A DNA stretch of 34,233 bases from a virus (IMGVR_UViG_3300027756_000030:1-34233); one strand, 5' to 3'. Positions 1 through 7,863 are shown, counted from the first letter of the stretch. The notes: generated by a model not told the origin, from the letters alone. Made by a program: numbers and translations.

Positions 1-676
1 TACCTGGCTTAACTATTGGAACAATCTTTGGTGGAGTCTTTGGTTCAATTTTAGGTGCAGGCTTAGACGGTGTTTTAGGTGCAGGTTTAGCAGGTGTCGA
101 TGGTTTAACTGGAACTGTCTTTGGATAACCTGGCGCACCTGGAAGATCTCCTGGCTTTGTTGCAGGAGTTGTACGCGGTGCTGTGTAAGGTTTTGGTGCT
201 GGTGCCGGCTTAGGTGCAGGAACTGTTTTAGGTGCAGGAGCTGGTGCAGTCTTAGGTGCGGGAACAGTTTTAGGTGGAGCCTTAGGAAGAGTAATAGATG
301 GAAATTGTGGACCAGGCTTTTGCCATGGTGGAGTTGAAGGCGCAGGTGTTCCTGGTTTTAATGGATCAACTTTTGGAGCCGGTGGTGCTGTTTTAGGTGC
401 CGTCTTAGGTGCAGTTGATGGTGCGCTTTTAAGTGAATTAAAAGCATTGTCCCATGATGATGTTCTACCAGTTACAAACTCAGTAGTACGTGGAAGTACT
501 TTTGAACCAACGTCAGCTGCTTTTGGTGCCGCCTTCGGTGCAATAGCGGGCGCAGCTTTTTTTGCAACCTCTTGAACAACTTTTGGCGCAGCTTTCTTAG
601 CAACCTCTTTTACAATAACGCCTCCGGCAAGTCGTGCAGCAGCCAGAGCTGCAACTCCGATTAATGGAAGTACCAT
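1..676 (-). CDS. Pro/Lys/Ala/Thr-rich low-complexity protein (partial, runs off the window)
   Basis: Not in the ORF track. ATG at 676 preceded by GAGG; MVLPLIGVAALAAARLAGG... then many APK/PKT repeats; open frame to the window edge. Confidence 0.8.
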   Translation of the reverse strand, partial: MVLPLIGVAALAAARLAGGVIVKEVAKKAAPKVVQEVAKKAAPAIAPKAAPKAADVGSKVLPRTTEFVTGRTSSWDNAFNSLKSAPSTAPKTAPKTAPPAPKVDPLKPGTPAPSTPPWQKPGPQFPSITLPKAPPKTVPAPKTAPAPAPKTVPAPKPAPAPKPYTAPRTTPATKPGDLPGAPGYPKTVPVKPSTPAKPAPKTPSKPAPKIEPKTPPKIVPIVKPG

Positions 677-678
677 GA

Positions 679-906
679 CTACCTCATATCCATATTGCGT
701 ATTTGACGATTCAAAATGTCAGCTGATTGTTCGGAAACATTGTATCTTCCATAGGTTGGTCTTGGACCGTCAAACTGTCCTGTGTGTGCATATCTAAATT
801 GGTTGACTCTGCTACGCGGAGCCTTGAGAGAATTTTTTGGTGTAACTCCACCTAAGCCTGCACGTACCTGCTTACTATCGCCCCAAGCTGGATCTTGAAT
901 CTTCAC
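679..906 (-). CDS. hypothetical protein
   Basis: 75-aa ORF tightly packed between co-oriented neighbours. Confidence 0.65.
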   Translation of the reverse strand: MKIQDPAWGDSKQVRAGLGGVTPKNSLKAPRSRVNQFRYAHTGQFDGPRPTYGRYNVSEQSADILNRQIRNMDMR

Positions 907-1352
907 TTCTTCTTACCACGCTTTGGTGCAGCAGCTTTCTTAGGTGCGGGAGCTTTCTTTGCTTTCTCTTGTCTAATAGCACGTCCAGCATTAGTTCCTT
1001 TGTTGGGATTAGCTTTAGCCCATGCAATCATTGAATCGCGCTTGGCTGCTTTATCTTCATCAGACTTAGCTCCACCTTTACCGGTAACAGGACGTGCGGC
1101 TTTCCATTTAGCAACCATAGCTTCACGCTTGTCTGTGCCAGCACGAGTCATAGTTGTAGGTTCTTTTTGGAACTCAGCTTTACGAGATTGCGCGTTTGCT
1201 TCACGGTTGGGATTGCTTTTACCCCATGAGGACCAAGATTCACCAGAACCAGATAGCGGGGATGAGTTTTTCCACTCAGAGTTATCTACGCGAGTAGTCT
1301 TGTTCTTAGGTGCCTTTGGAGTGGTTACCTTAGTGATCTTGTCTTTAGGCAT
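903..1352 (-). CDS. Lys/Ala-rich basic protein
   Basis: 149 aa, histone H1-like KKAPAPKKAAAPK tail; TAATG coupling with the upstream gene. Confidence 0.75.
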   Translation of the reverse strand: MPKDKITKVTTPKAPKNKTTRVDNSEWKNSSPLSGSGESWSSWGKSNPNREANAQSRKAEFQKEPTTMTRAGTDKREAMVAKWKAARPVTGKGGAKSDEDKAAKRDSMIAWAKANPNKGTNAGRAIRQEKAKKAPAPKKAAAPKRGKKK

Positions 1353-1489
1353 TACTTACTCTTCTTCTTTGGGGCAGCTTTTTTCTTTGTCTTAGTACTG
1401 CCTGCGGGTACGCAATTAGGAACGGACTTGCCGTTCTTCATCTTCATACCTTTTTGCTCGTAGCCATCCCAACACGGTCCTTGTGCCAT
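1352..1489 (-). CDS. small basic protein with CWDGY...VPNCVP motif
   Basis: Hand-translated 45 aa MAQGPCWDGYEQKGMKMKNGKSVPNCVPAG...; TAATG overlaps at both ends. Confidence 0.8.
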   Translation of the reverse strand: MAQGPCWDGYEQKGMKMKNGKSVPNCVPAGSTKTKKKAAPKKKSK

Positions 1490-1578
1490 TAGTGACCTTT
1501 CGTAATGTAAGGCATGATTCCGTAATCATACTCGTCTTCTAACCAAGTTTCGCTAAAGCCAGTACCTTCAGTAGACAT
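1489..1578 (-). CDS. 29-aa hypothetical protein
   Basis: MSTEGTGFSETWLEDEYDYGIMPYITKGH exactly fills the gap, with TAATG overlaps at both ends. Confidence 0.6.
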   Translation of the reverse strand: MSTEGTGFSETWLEDEYDYGIMPYITKGH

Positions 1579-1841
1579 TAACAATCCCACTTTCTACGAG
1601 CTTTGTTTAATCTGCTGTTTGGATCTTTTGCTGCTTTTGGAAAATCTTTAGCTTGTCCTGCTGATCGTGCACAATAACTCTTACGACGTGCTGCACTCTT
1701 AGGAGATTTCTTAGCTTGTTCTTTTGAAACCGGAGGTTTGATATTTTGACCTTTAGCTTTTAAAGATGCACGCCCCTTAGCATTTAATCCGCCTTCAGGG
1801 TTCTGTCCTTCTTTGCGTGTCCATGCTTCACTTTTTGCCAT
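1578..1841 (-). CDS. conserved basic phage protein (DUF6321-like)
   Basis: MAKSEAWTRKEGQNPEGGLNAKGRAS...RRKSYCARS...DPNSRLNKARRKWDC; start moved to ATG 1841 (GGGAG upstream); family name from memory. Confidence 0.75.
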   Translation of the reverse strand: MAKSEAWTRKEGQNPEGGLNAKGRASLKAKGQNIKPPVSKEQAKKSPKSAARRKSYCARSAGQAKDFPKAAKDPNSRLNKARRKWDC

Positions 1842-2055
1842 CTTTGTCTTCTCCCATCCAACCAGGACCGGTAAGTAGTTTGTAATCATTGTGAATAGCT
1901 AAAGCTTCCATATCATGTCGATCTTCTGGAGATTGGTTGTATTCAACTGGCATAACTTTTCCAGTTAATTCTTTTGCCATGCGTGTTTTAGATAAATCAA
2001 TTACTCGTCTTTTATCTCCAGACCGATCACGGACTCCGCGCTTGTTATCAGGCAT
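1828..2055 (-). CDS. hypothetical protein
   Basis: Likely start ATG 2055 (MPDNKRG...), which avoids overlap with 2069..2296. Confidence 0.6.
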   Translation of the reverse strand: MPDNKRGVRDRSGDKRRVIDLSKTRMAKELTGKVMPVEYNQSPEDRHDMEALAIHNDYKLLTGPGWMGEDKDGKK

Positions 2056-2068
2056 GTTTAATTGTCTC

Positions 2069-2296
2069 TTATTCAGCCTTGTTAGACTTGTTATACGCAG
2101 CAAAGGAGGTAAAAAATCTGGCAATGAGAGCTTCTTTGTTCTCGCGATGAATACCTTCAAAATGCAATAACCAATCATTGCTGGAGAACCTGGGATTAGC
2201 GCAGCCATTGTTGACATCGTCATAGCAGACCTTAGCAAAGCGGCCAATAGGGCTATCTTCCTCTAGCTGATTCCATAGCCATACTGTGTATCTCAT
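2069..2296 (-). CDS. hypothetical protein, possibly YozE/SAM-like; leaderless
   Basis: YTVWLW...DSPIGRFAK resembles YozE-like N-termini; CATACT lies 6 nt before the ATG. Confidence 0.6.
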   Translation of the reverse strand: MRYTVWLWNQLEEDSPIGRFAKVCYDDVNNGCANPRFSSNDWLLHFEGIHRENKEALIARFFTSFAAYNKSNKAE

Positions 2297-2332
2297 GGAG
2301 GTAGTATGGCTACCGCAGCTTCCGGCTACTGC

Positions 2333-2422
2333 CTAAAAGGGTAGATCTAAAATTTCATCTACGGCATCGTCAATATCGCGAGCGCCATGTTCAGCTGCAC
2401 AGTTACCGCAGTTTTTGCACAC
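2333..2422 (-). CDS. 29-aa Cys-rich peptide
   Basis: GTG start; MCKNCGNCAAEHGARDIDDAVDEILDLPF; 1 nt after the stop of 2424..2567. Confidence 0.6.
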   Translation of the reverse strand: MCKNCGNCAAEHGARDIDDAVDEILDLPF

Positions 2423-2423
2423 T

Positions 2424-2567
2424 TTACTTACAGCTAGTGCAGTAGTTGCCTACACGTAGGTTGCCTACCGCAACTCGGTAAGAGCGACCGCAATGAGTGC
2501 ATGCAACATCGACTATCCGAGCTTCCCGCTCAGGAGCTTTCCGCAGCTCTAGTCCAAATAACATCAT
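2424..2567 (-). CDS. 47-aa zinc-ribbon protein; leaderless
   Basis: MMLFGLELRK...CTHC...CTSCK with two CxxC; TGA-TAGTAT 6 nt before the ATG. Confidence 0.7.
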   Translation of the reverse strand: MMLFGLELRKAPEREARIVDVACTHCGRSYRVAVGNLRVGNYCTSCK

Positions 2568-2660
2568 GGCTTAATACTATCAAATTCGGCTACTGCCTGG
2601 CAAATATAGTGCTACCCGTTCATATTCCCTGGTGGCTTTCTCGATTTGTCGACTCTTTAA

Positions 2661-2794
2661 CCCCCACCCCCTATAACGATTTGATAACGATTAGAGGTGG
2701 GTCGGCGTGTCGGCTGGTGTATGCGTGGCAGGTATGGTTCTATTAGTTCATCAAGCAAGGGGCTTGATATAGATACCTTGATAGGGGTAATCAA
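2661..2794 (+). promoter_or_regulatory. conserved upstream element copy 1 (partial)
   Basis: CCCCCACCCC 2661; ATAAC-N6-ATAAC 2673-2688; GGCGTGTCG 2704-2712; hairpin 2750-2768; GATAGGGG RBS. Lacks GTTTGTGTTG and has a non-canonical -10. Confidence 0.7.
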
Positions 2795-3166
2795 ATGACA
2801 ACAGCAACACACAGCGTGGAGTGTGAATACTTCGCACAATCACAGACTGCTACACAGGTCTTGGCACAGTTCAAGACAAATGTCCGCGACTCATTCATTG
2901 ACTTCGCAGACCTTCACGATATCGACACAGATGATGCCAACGCCTTCTTAGAAGGACTAGGACTAGAAGGTATTGAGTCCGAGTTCCCAGTTACCGCTTC
3001 ATTCACTTACACAATCGAGTTGACAGTCAAGGCTCGTAATGTTGACTCAGCCTACGAAATCGCAAAGGAAAACCTTTACGATATCGCTCCTCAGTCAATC
3101 CGTATCGAATCAACCGACGCTATCGAATCAGGTAGCGCATACCTTCAGGACTATGATGTCGACTAA
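2795..3166 (+). CDS. acidic hypothetical protein
   Basis: 123 aa, D/E-rich, strong RBS. Confidence 0.85.
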   Translation: MTTATHSVECEYFAQSQTATQVLAQFKTNVRDSFIDFADLHDIDTDDANAFLEGLGLEGIESEFPVTASFTYTIELTVKARNVDSAYEIAKENLYDIAPQSIRIESTDAIESGSAYLQDYDVD

Positions 3167-3311
3167 GTTCGACAAGGTAGTGGGGCTCTTCGGAGCCCTG
3201 CTACTCCTAGGGGTTCTTATGCTCCACGCCTTCTACACACCAATCTATGGCAATTGCCAACAGACACCAGACGGACGCTCCTGCGACTTACTAAGATGGG
3301 AAAAGAAATGA
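3153..3311 (+). CDS. small membrane protein
   Basis: Start ATG 3153 after AGGA; hydrophobic VVGLFGALLLLGVLML. Confidence 0.65.
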   Translation: MMSTKFDKVVGLFGALLLLGVLMLHAFYTPIYGNCQQTPDGRSCDLLRWEKK

Positions 3312-3457
3312 AATGCTTGATATGTGAAAGTGATGAGGTTGTCTACTCAGGTGTAGACGCTCTGATGTATGGAACGGGAGTGACCGAGAAGTTCTGTCAT
3401 AGATGTTCCCGCGCTTACTACGAGATCAGCCGATACTTAGAAACAATCAAAGTTTAG
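3308..3457 (+). CDS. small zinc-binding protein
   Basis: MKCLIC...CHRC; ATGA overlap with the upstream gene. Confidence 0.7.
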   Translation: MKCLICESDEVVYSGVDALMYGTGVTEKFCHRCSRAYYEISRYLETIKV

Positions 3458-3468
3458 CTGAGCCCCTA

Positions 3469-3500
3469 GAAGCCCCTCGCGCCGTCACGCGGGGGGTTTC
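3469..3500 (+). terminator. intrinsic terminator, operon 1
   Basis: GC-rich hairpin AAGCCCCTCGCG...CGCGGGGGGTTT. Confidence 0.7.
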
Positions 3501-3521
3501 GCTCTGCTCGCGCTCGCGAAT

Positions 3522-3696
3522 GTTTGTGTTGGCCCGCCCTCCCCATTCTATTTCATAGGGAATACATACATAAGAGAGATGAATAAATCGTTATCTAATC
3601 GTTATACAACTAGGGCGTGTCGTGTTGAGGTTTGTCGGTGGGTGTGCCTATTATTAACTCATCAAGCCAAATTGGTTTGATAGATAGGGGAAGCAA
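3522..3696 (+). promoter_or_regulatory. conserved upstream element copy 2
   Basis: GTTTGTGTTG 3522; GTTAT-N6-GTTAT 3590-3605; GTGTC 3617; TGTCGGTG 3633; -10 TATTAT 3649; hairpin 3661-3681; GATAGGGG. Confidence 0.85.
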
Positions 3697-3900
3697 GTGT
3701 TATTAGAAATAGGTCAGAAATACACTACTCAAGTGAGTGGCGTAAATGGTTGGATTATGGAGATAGTTCCAAATCGCACTGGTTCTTTCAGATTGCGACT
3801 ACGCACCGAGGATAACGAAATCCGTTGGACTACTTATGTTCCACCAGTAGTTCTTGATTATCCTTGTGGCGATTTCATAGGTGAGGGGCTTATCAAATGA
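3697..3900 (+). CDS. hypothetical protein
   Basis: GTG start after a strong RBS; 67 aa. Confidence 0.75.
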   Translation: MLLEIGQKYTTQVSGVNGWIMEIVPNRTGSFRLRLRTEDNEIRWTTYVPPVVLDYPCGDFIGEGLIK

Positions 3901-4103
3901 GCGAGCCAATGTGGTTAGGTGGCGATAGCGCCTCTTATAGCGACACTTATGAAACTATCCAAGAAGTGGAGTGTGATTGCGGTAATCTCCAAGAAATCCC
4001 TGTGGATACCGAGTATCACTCAGTTACTAAGGAAACATCGTGGTGGGGCGAGTGGGTCTGCCTGAACTGTGGTATCAAACACGAATCAGAAGGGTGGTAT
4101 TAA
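3897..4103 (+). CDS. acidic zinc-ribbon protein
   Basis: CDCG...CLNCG; ATGA overlap. Confidence 0.75.
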   Translation: MSEPMWLGGDSASYSDTYETIQEVECDCGNLQEIPVDTEYHSVTKETSWWGEWVCLNCGIKHESEGWY

Positions 4104-4104
4104 A

Positions 4105-4221
4105 ATGAGCCAAGCGCAGAGCCTAGCCAATAAATTATGGCAGTTGCTCCCAGTGGTTGGGGCAGATAATAGCCAAGTCATCTATGACGCAGTTCTTTAT
4201 CTGGAATCCATAGAAGAATAA
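4105..4221 (+). CDS. 38-aa hypothetical protein
   Basis: MSQAQSLANKLWQLLP... fills the gap before the terminator. Confidence 0.55.
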   Translation: MSQAQSLANKLWQLLPVVGADNSQVIYDAVLYLESIEE

Positions 4222-4234
4222 CCAGCTCAGCGAG

Positions 4235-4268
4235 CGCGGTCTCTCACTTCCCCGAGAGATCGCGTTTT
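4235..4268 (+). terminator. intrinsic terminator, operon 2
   Basis: CGCGGTCTCTC-acttcccc-GAGAGATCGCG-TTTT. Confidence 0.75.
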
Positions 4269-4283
4269 GCTTTGCGCGAAAAT

Positions 4284-4457
4284 GTTTGTGTTGAGACCCG
4301 CCCACCCTGTCTCTGACTTACTTCGTAAGGGAGTTGTTGGAGAGAGATTGTTATCAAATTGTTATAAATGAATGGCGTGTCGGATTATGTATCTATCCTT
4401 GCCAATGGTAATTTTCTCTCAACGGCAATCCCGCCGTCTAGTAGATAGGACTAGATT
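4284..4457 (+). promoter_or_regulatory. conserved upstream element copy 3
   Basis: GTTTGTGTTG 4284; hairpin 4317-4329; GTTAT-N6-GTTAT 4350-4365; GTGTC 4377; TGG-TAATTT with the -10 at 4409; hairpin 4422-4437; GATAGGA. Confidence 0.85.
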
Positions 4458-5351
4458 ATGAATAAAGAATTAGTGGAGCGTATCAACGCTTTAGTAGTTG
4501 AGCAATTGGAGAATGGTATCGCGCCATGGTCTAAGCCATGGAATTCAAGCGGATATATGCCAATGAGCCTAACAAGCAATAAAGAATATTCGGGAATAAA
4601 TTCCCTACTATTGGCAATATGTGGCGCACAATATAAGCGGTCTCTATGGGTCACTTATAAGCAAGCGCAGGCCCTAGGCGGCAACGTACGCAAGGGAGAG
4701 AAGAGTCTGCCCGTCGTGTATTGGTCACGCATCATCAAGCCCGGCGAGGATGGCAAGCCCGTCTCTAAGGGAGCTTTCATGAAATTCTATAGCGTGTTCA
4801 ACGTTGAGCAATGCGACGGGATTACTATCCCCGCAATTTACGACGTCAAGCGCGAGCCCGTTGCTACTATCCCCGCATTGGATGCGATAGTGGCCGCATA
4901 TGCTAGCAAGCCAGAGATTTACTATAAGGAGCAAGGCCGCGCCTACTATGACATGTTGGCCGATTCGATTACCTTGCCACCGTTGGCCGCATTCGATAGC
5001 GCAGAGAGTCACGCTTACACTCTATGCCACGAGATGATTCACTCTACCGGTCACCAATCACGCTTAGACCGATTTAGCGAGGATGATAAGCCCGCACGAT
5101 TTGGAGATGCTAACTATGCCCGCGAGGAGCTAGTTGCAGATATCGGGGCGCAGATGCTACTTAGTGCCAATGGGATCACCGTTGACATGCAGAATTCAGC
5201 ATCATATATCGCTGGTTGGTTAAAAGCTTTAAAGAATGATCCAAGCTTGATCATCAGCGCCAGCGGTAAAGCTCAGCGGGCCGCGGATTACATCCAAGGT
5301 ACCAGCCGCGTAGAAGCTAGCGCGACGATCGCAGAAGAGGTGAACGCATGA
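4458..5351 (+). CDS. ardC: ArdC-family antirestriction protein (ssDNA-binding domain plus zincin-like MPTase domain)
   Basis: PWSKPW, YSGIN, WVTYKQAQALGGNVRKGEK, VFNVEQ, HEMIHSTGH (HExxH), YAREELVA, SASYIAGWL. Confidence 0.92.
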   Translation: MNKELVERINALVVEQLENGIAPWSKPWNSSGYMPMSLTSNKEYSGINSLLLAICGAQYKRSLWVTYKQAQALGGNVRKGEKSLPVVYWSRIIKPGEDGKPVSKGAFMKFYSVFNVEQCDGITIPAIYDVKREPVATIPALDAIVAAYASKPEIYYKEQGRAYYDMLADSITLPPLAAFDSAESHAYTLCHEMIHSTGHQSRLDRFSEDDKPARFGDANYAREELVADIGAQMLLSANGITVDMQNSASYIAGWLKALKNDPSLIISASGKAQRAADYIQGTSRVEASATIAEEVNA

Positions 5352-5506
5352 ACATTGAGAAAGCCATCAAGCGCGATGCAAAAGCACGTGCCAAGCGTAT
5401 TAAGCACCGCAATAAGAAACTAGGAAAGCACGGAATCCAATTCGTGCGCTGGGTCAAACATCATGACGGAACACGCACAATGGTTTTAAAGAAGGTGAAC
5501 GCCTAG
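5348..5506 (+). CDS. 52-aa basic protein
   Basis: MNIEKAIKRDAKARAKRIKHRNKK...; GAGGTG RBS and ATGA overlap with ardC. Confidence 0.7.
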   Translation: MNIEKAIKRDAKARAKRIKHRNKKLGKHGIQFVRWVKHHDGTRTMVLKKVNA

Positions 5507-5523
5507 ATCTTCCCTATCAGAAG

Positions 5524-5560
5524 ACAGCGAGCCCCGGCCCAACAGCTGGGGCTTTGCTGT
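5524..5560 (+). terminator. terminator-like hairpin, operon 3
   Basis: ACAGCGAGCCCCGGC-ccaaca-GCTGGGGCTTTGCTGT. Confidence 0.7.
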
Positions 5561-5573
5561 TGGATCGCGAAAA

Positions 5574-5726
5574 GTTTGTGTTGGCCCTCCCACCCCTTTC
5601 TCTTCCAGAGGGATAAGTAAGTAAGAGAGCGACACGCCGTATGTGGGTCAATACACGGAATTGTCGGTGGTAGGCACTATGTTTATCTCAATGCCAACAA
5701 GGGCAGACCCTGATAGGAGAAAACAA
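5574..5726 (+). promoter_or_regulatory. conserved upstream element copy 4
   Basis: GTTTGTGTTG 5574; CGACACGCC 5630; TGTCGGTG 5662; -10 TATGTT 5678; hairpin 5692-5705; CTGATAGGAG 5710. Confidence 0.85.
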
Positions 5727-6143
5727 ATGGCAAAAGCCATAACAGTAAAGGTGGCAACACCAAAGGTAATAAAGGCACTAGAAGCACGCTTGGAGAAAAT
5801 CCAGAGCGATTACTCAACGCAAGAAGCAAAAGAGGAGAAGTTTCGTAAAGAAACAGATGCTTGGAAAAAGGAAATAGGTAAGTGGGCTATTGACCGCTTC
5901 TCAAAGGCTGAGAACATCAGGACTAATTATCGTGAGTGGAACAAGACACTCAATGTGGATTTTGACATCACAGTTTCAGGTGATGGCTTTCCAAAAGAAC
6001 CACAGCGTGATTTCACTACTATCCATAAGCACTCGTTTGACGAGATGGTTGAGGACATCACCAATGCTCTCTCAATCTTAAAAATGACTGATGAGGAAAC
6101 AGTCAATGCCTCTACTATGAAATCCATAGCACGCTACCTCTAG
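5727..6143 (+). CDS. hypothetical protein (coiled-coil N-terminus)
   Basis: Start reassigned to ATG 5727 (MAKAITVKV...) behind GATAGGAG. Confidence 0.85.
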   Translation: MAKAITVKVATPKVIKALEARLEKIQSDYSTQEAKEEKFRKETDAWKKEIGKWAIDRFSKAENIRTNYREWNKTLNVDFDITVSGDGFPKEPQRDFTTIHKHSFDEMVEDITNALSILKMTDEETVNASTMKSIARYL

Positions 6144-6152
6144 CCCTATCGG

Positions 6153-6190
6153 ACAAGAAGCCCCTGCCAGACGGCGGGGGTTTTTTGTTT
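6153..6190 (+). terminator. intrinsic terminator, operon 4
   Basis: AAGCCCCTGCC-agac-GGCGGGGGTTTTTT. Confidence 0.85.
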
Positions 6191-6203
6191 GCGCTCGCAA
6201 AAA

Positions 6204-6370
6204 GTTTGTGTTGAGCAACCCACCCTCCCAGCTCTATCCCTAAAGGGAATAGGGAGGAGAGAGAGCGACACGCCGAAGGTAGCCAAATGCCATAGATTGT
6301 CGGTGCTAGCCACTAAAGTTATGCCAATGCCGAAAGTCGGCAGGATTGCTAAAGATAGGAGTTATACCAA
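6204..6370 (+). promoter_or_regulatory. conserved upstream element copy 5
   Basis: GTTTGTGTTG 6204; TCCC-taaa-GGGA; CGACACGCC 6266; TGTCGGTG 6298; -10 TAAAGT 6314; hairpin 6328-6342; GATAGGAG. Confidence 0.85.
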
Positions 6371-6970
6371 ATGGGTTTAGATATGTATCTAAGTGCCGTG
6401 AAGTATGAAAGCAATTACTCTTTCCAGAAAAAGGAAAGCGGAGAAAATGAGCGGTTCAATACTGTTCTTTCTGCCTTCCCTAATGTGAAAGTGTCTGAAC
6501 ACTCTCCAAGTTTGGAAGTGTCCTTTACTGTTGGTTATTGGCGCAAAGCCAATGCCATACACGCTTGGTTCGTAAATAATTGCGGAAAAGGCGTTGATGA
6601 GTGTCAAGAAATGTATGTTTCTCACGAACACTTACTCGCACTAAAAGAAGAGTGCCTAAAAGTTCTTTCTTCTGATATCCCTGTCAAAAAGGCTGACGAG
6701 ACTTCTCGCGGTATGACTATTGACGGCACTTCCGATTTAGATATCGGCTCTTTTATCGCCGCAGGTATGGCGGTTGAAAGCACACTCATAGGCTCTGAGC
6801 CTGTTGATGACCTTCCTCTTCCACCTGTCGCAGGTTTCTTCTTCGGAGGAACAGAACGCGACGAGTGGTACTTCAATGATATTAGAGAGACCCTATCTCT
6901 AATAAATGACCTTATTCGGGATTATCCTGATGAGGACGGCTGGCGCTTTTCATATCGCGCTAGTTGGTAA
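6371..6970 (+). CDS. conserved phage protein of unknown function (MGLDMYL family)
   Basis: MGLDMYL...YWRKANAIHAWFV...GVDEC...GFFFG...YRASW motif set. Confidence 0.85.
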   Translation: MGLDMYLSAVKYESNYSFQKKESGENERFNTVLSAFPNVKVSEHSPSLEVSFTVGYWRKANAIHAWFVNNCGKGVDECQEMYVSHEHLLALKEECLKVLSSDIPVKKADETSRGMTIDGTSDLDIGSFIAAGMAVESTLIGSEPVDDLPLPPVAGFFFGGTERDEWYFNDIRETLSLINDLIRDYPDEDGWRFSYRASW

Positions 6971-7087
6971 GCCACTCTCCTGAGCACGAGATAAAAAGGC
7001 TCACCTTTCGATCGAGCTACACCGGTTCCAAATGATAATGGAGTAAGAGTCGCGTATGGTCGCGGCCACCGGCGCAGCTTGATTTTT

Positions 7088-7253
7088 GTTTGTGTTGACC
7101 CACCCTCCCCTTATCCCTTCGGGATAGGGTATTGAGAGAGATGCGACACGCCCGACACGCCCTAAACGCCAACATCCCACACTTATCCAAGCGTGATGGT
7201 AATTTTCTCTTACTGGGCAACACCGCTCAGTAATCCTGATAGGAGATAGTTAA
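7088..7253 (+). promoter_or_regulatory. conserved upstream element copy 6
   Basis: GTTTGTGTTG 7088; TATCCC-ttc-GGGATA; tandem CGACACGCC 7144 and 7153; TGG-TAATTT with the -10 at 7200; hairpin 7210-7233; CTGATAGGAG 7236. Confidence 0.85.
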
Positions 7254-7733
7254 ATGACTGTAAAGGAAAACCTTACAGTTGGGAGAGGTGTTGAGAGCCT
7301 AAACGCACTCATTAACTCTTTCAAAGATAACCAAGAGTTTGCCCCTGAATTAGTGGCAGATATGGCAGAAGTAGTTTCTGCTGACCTACAAGTCCGTGAT
7401 TACCTTATGGGCTTACCGCTTGAATTATCCGTAATGGATAGTATCCGCTTCGCAGAAGCCATTATTCCCCTAGTGGAAGAGAAGCACCGCACCCCTTGGT
7501 ATGCCGTTCTATCGGCTTACCATTACGAGAATGGCGATACCCCTACCGCCTATCTCGCACTCACCGAGTGCCTAAAGTTGGCACCCGATTACTCACTAGC
7601 AAAATTGCTAACACGAGTGTATGGCTCAGGTTGGCCAGCACCAGCGTTTGCAAGTATGCGTGACGAGTTGCACCCAAAGGTCAAAGCGACCATAAGTGAA
7701 ACCGCAAATGACTTTATCTCTCCTATCGAGTAG
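7254..7733 (+). CDS. DUF4192-like protein (C-terminal helical region)
   Basis: VRDYLMG, AVLSAYHYENGD, PDYSLAKLL...GWP resemble the actinobacterial DUF4192 C-terminus. Confidence 0.7.
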   Translation: MTVKENLTVGRGVESLNALINSFKDNQEFAPELVADMAEVVSADLQVRDYLMGLPLELSVMDSIRFAEAIIPLVEEKHRTPWYAVLSAYHYENGDTPTAYLALTECLKLAPDYSLAKLLTRVYGSGWPAPAFASMRDELHPKVKATISETANDFISPIE

Positions 7734-7745
7734 ATAAACCAAGGG

Positions 7746-7783
7746 AAGGCTCCCCAGCTACGGCTGGGGGGCTTTTTCTTTTT
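7746..7783 (+). terminator. intrinsic terminator, operon 6
   Basis: GCTCCCCAGC-tacg-GCTGGGGGGC-TTTTT. Confidence 0.85.
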
Positions 7784-7863
7784 CTACGATCCGCGCAGCT
7801 GCAAAAGGTACATTTGAGAAGAATATTGGTGGGGAAATGTACCTTAATTTTGTGGCGCAAAAT

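Noticed and set aside
895-1395. Plus-strand 166-aa hydrophobic ORF and other antisense ORFs in the track (for example 13166..13594, 8355..8834, 27598..27888)
   Set aside because: Shadow frames of well-supported genes on the opposite strand, with no RBS or motifs
2300-2600. Non-coding origin-like region with TACCGCA repeats
   Set aside because: Mostly explained by two small minus-strand Cys-rich genes (2333-2422, 2424-2567) and their promoters
4341-4420. Frpo-like single-stranded promoter fold (AGAGAGATTGTT pairing with GGTAATTTTCTCT)
   Set aside because: Needs several G-T pairs and I could not reproduce it consistently in the other copies by eye; worth a folding run but not supported
5643-5726. 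Longer N-terminus for the 5643..6143 ORF, and ORF 6189..6380
   Set aside because: These overlap the conserved promoter elements; the RBS points to starts at 5727 and 6371
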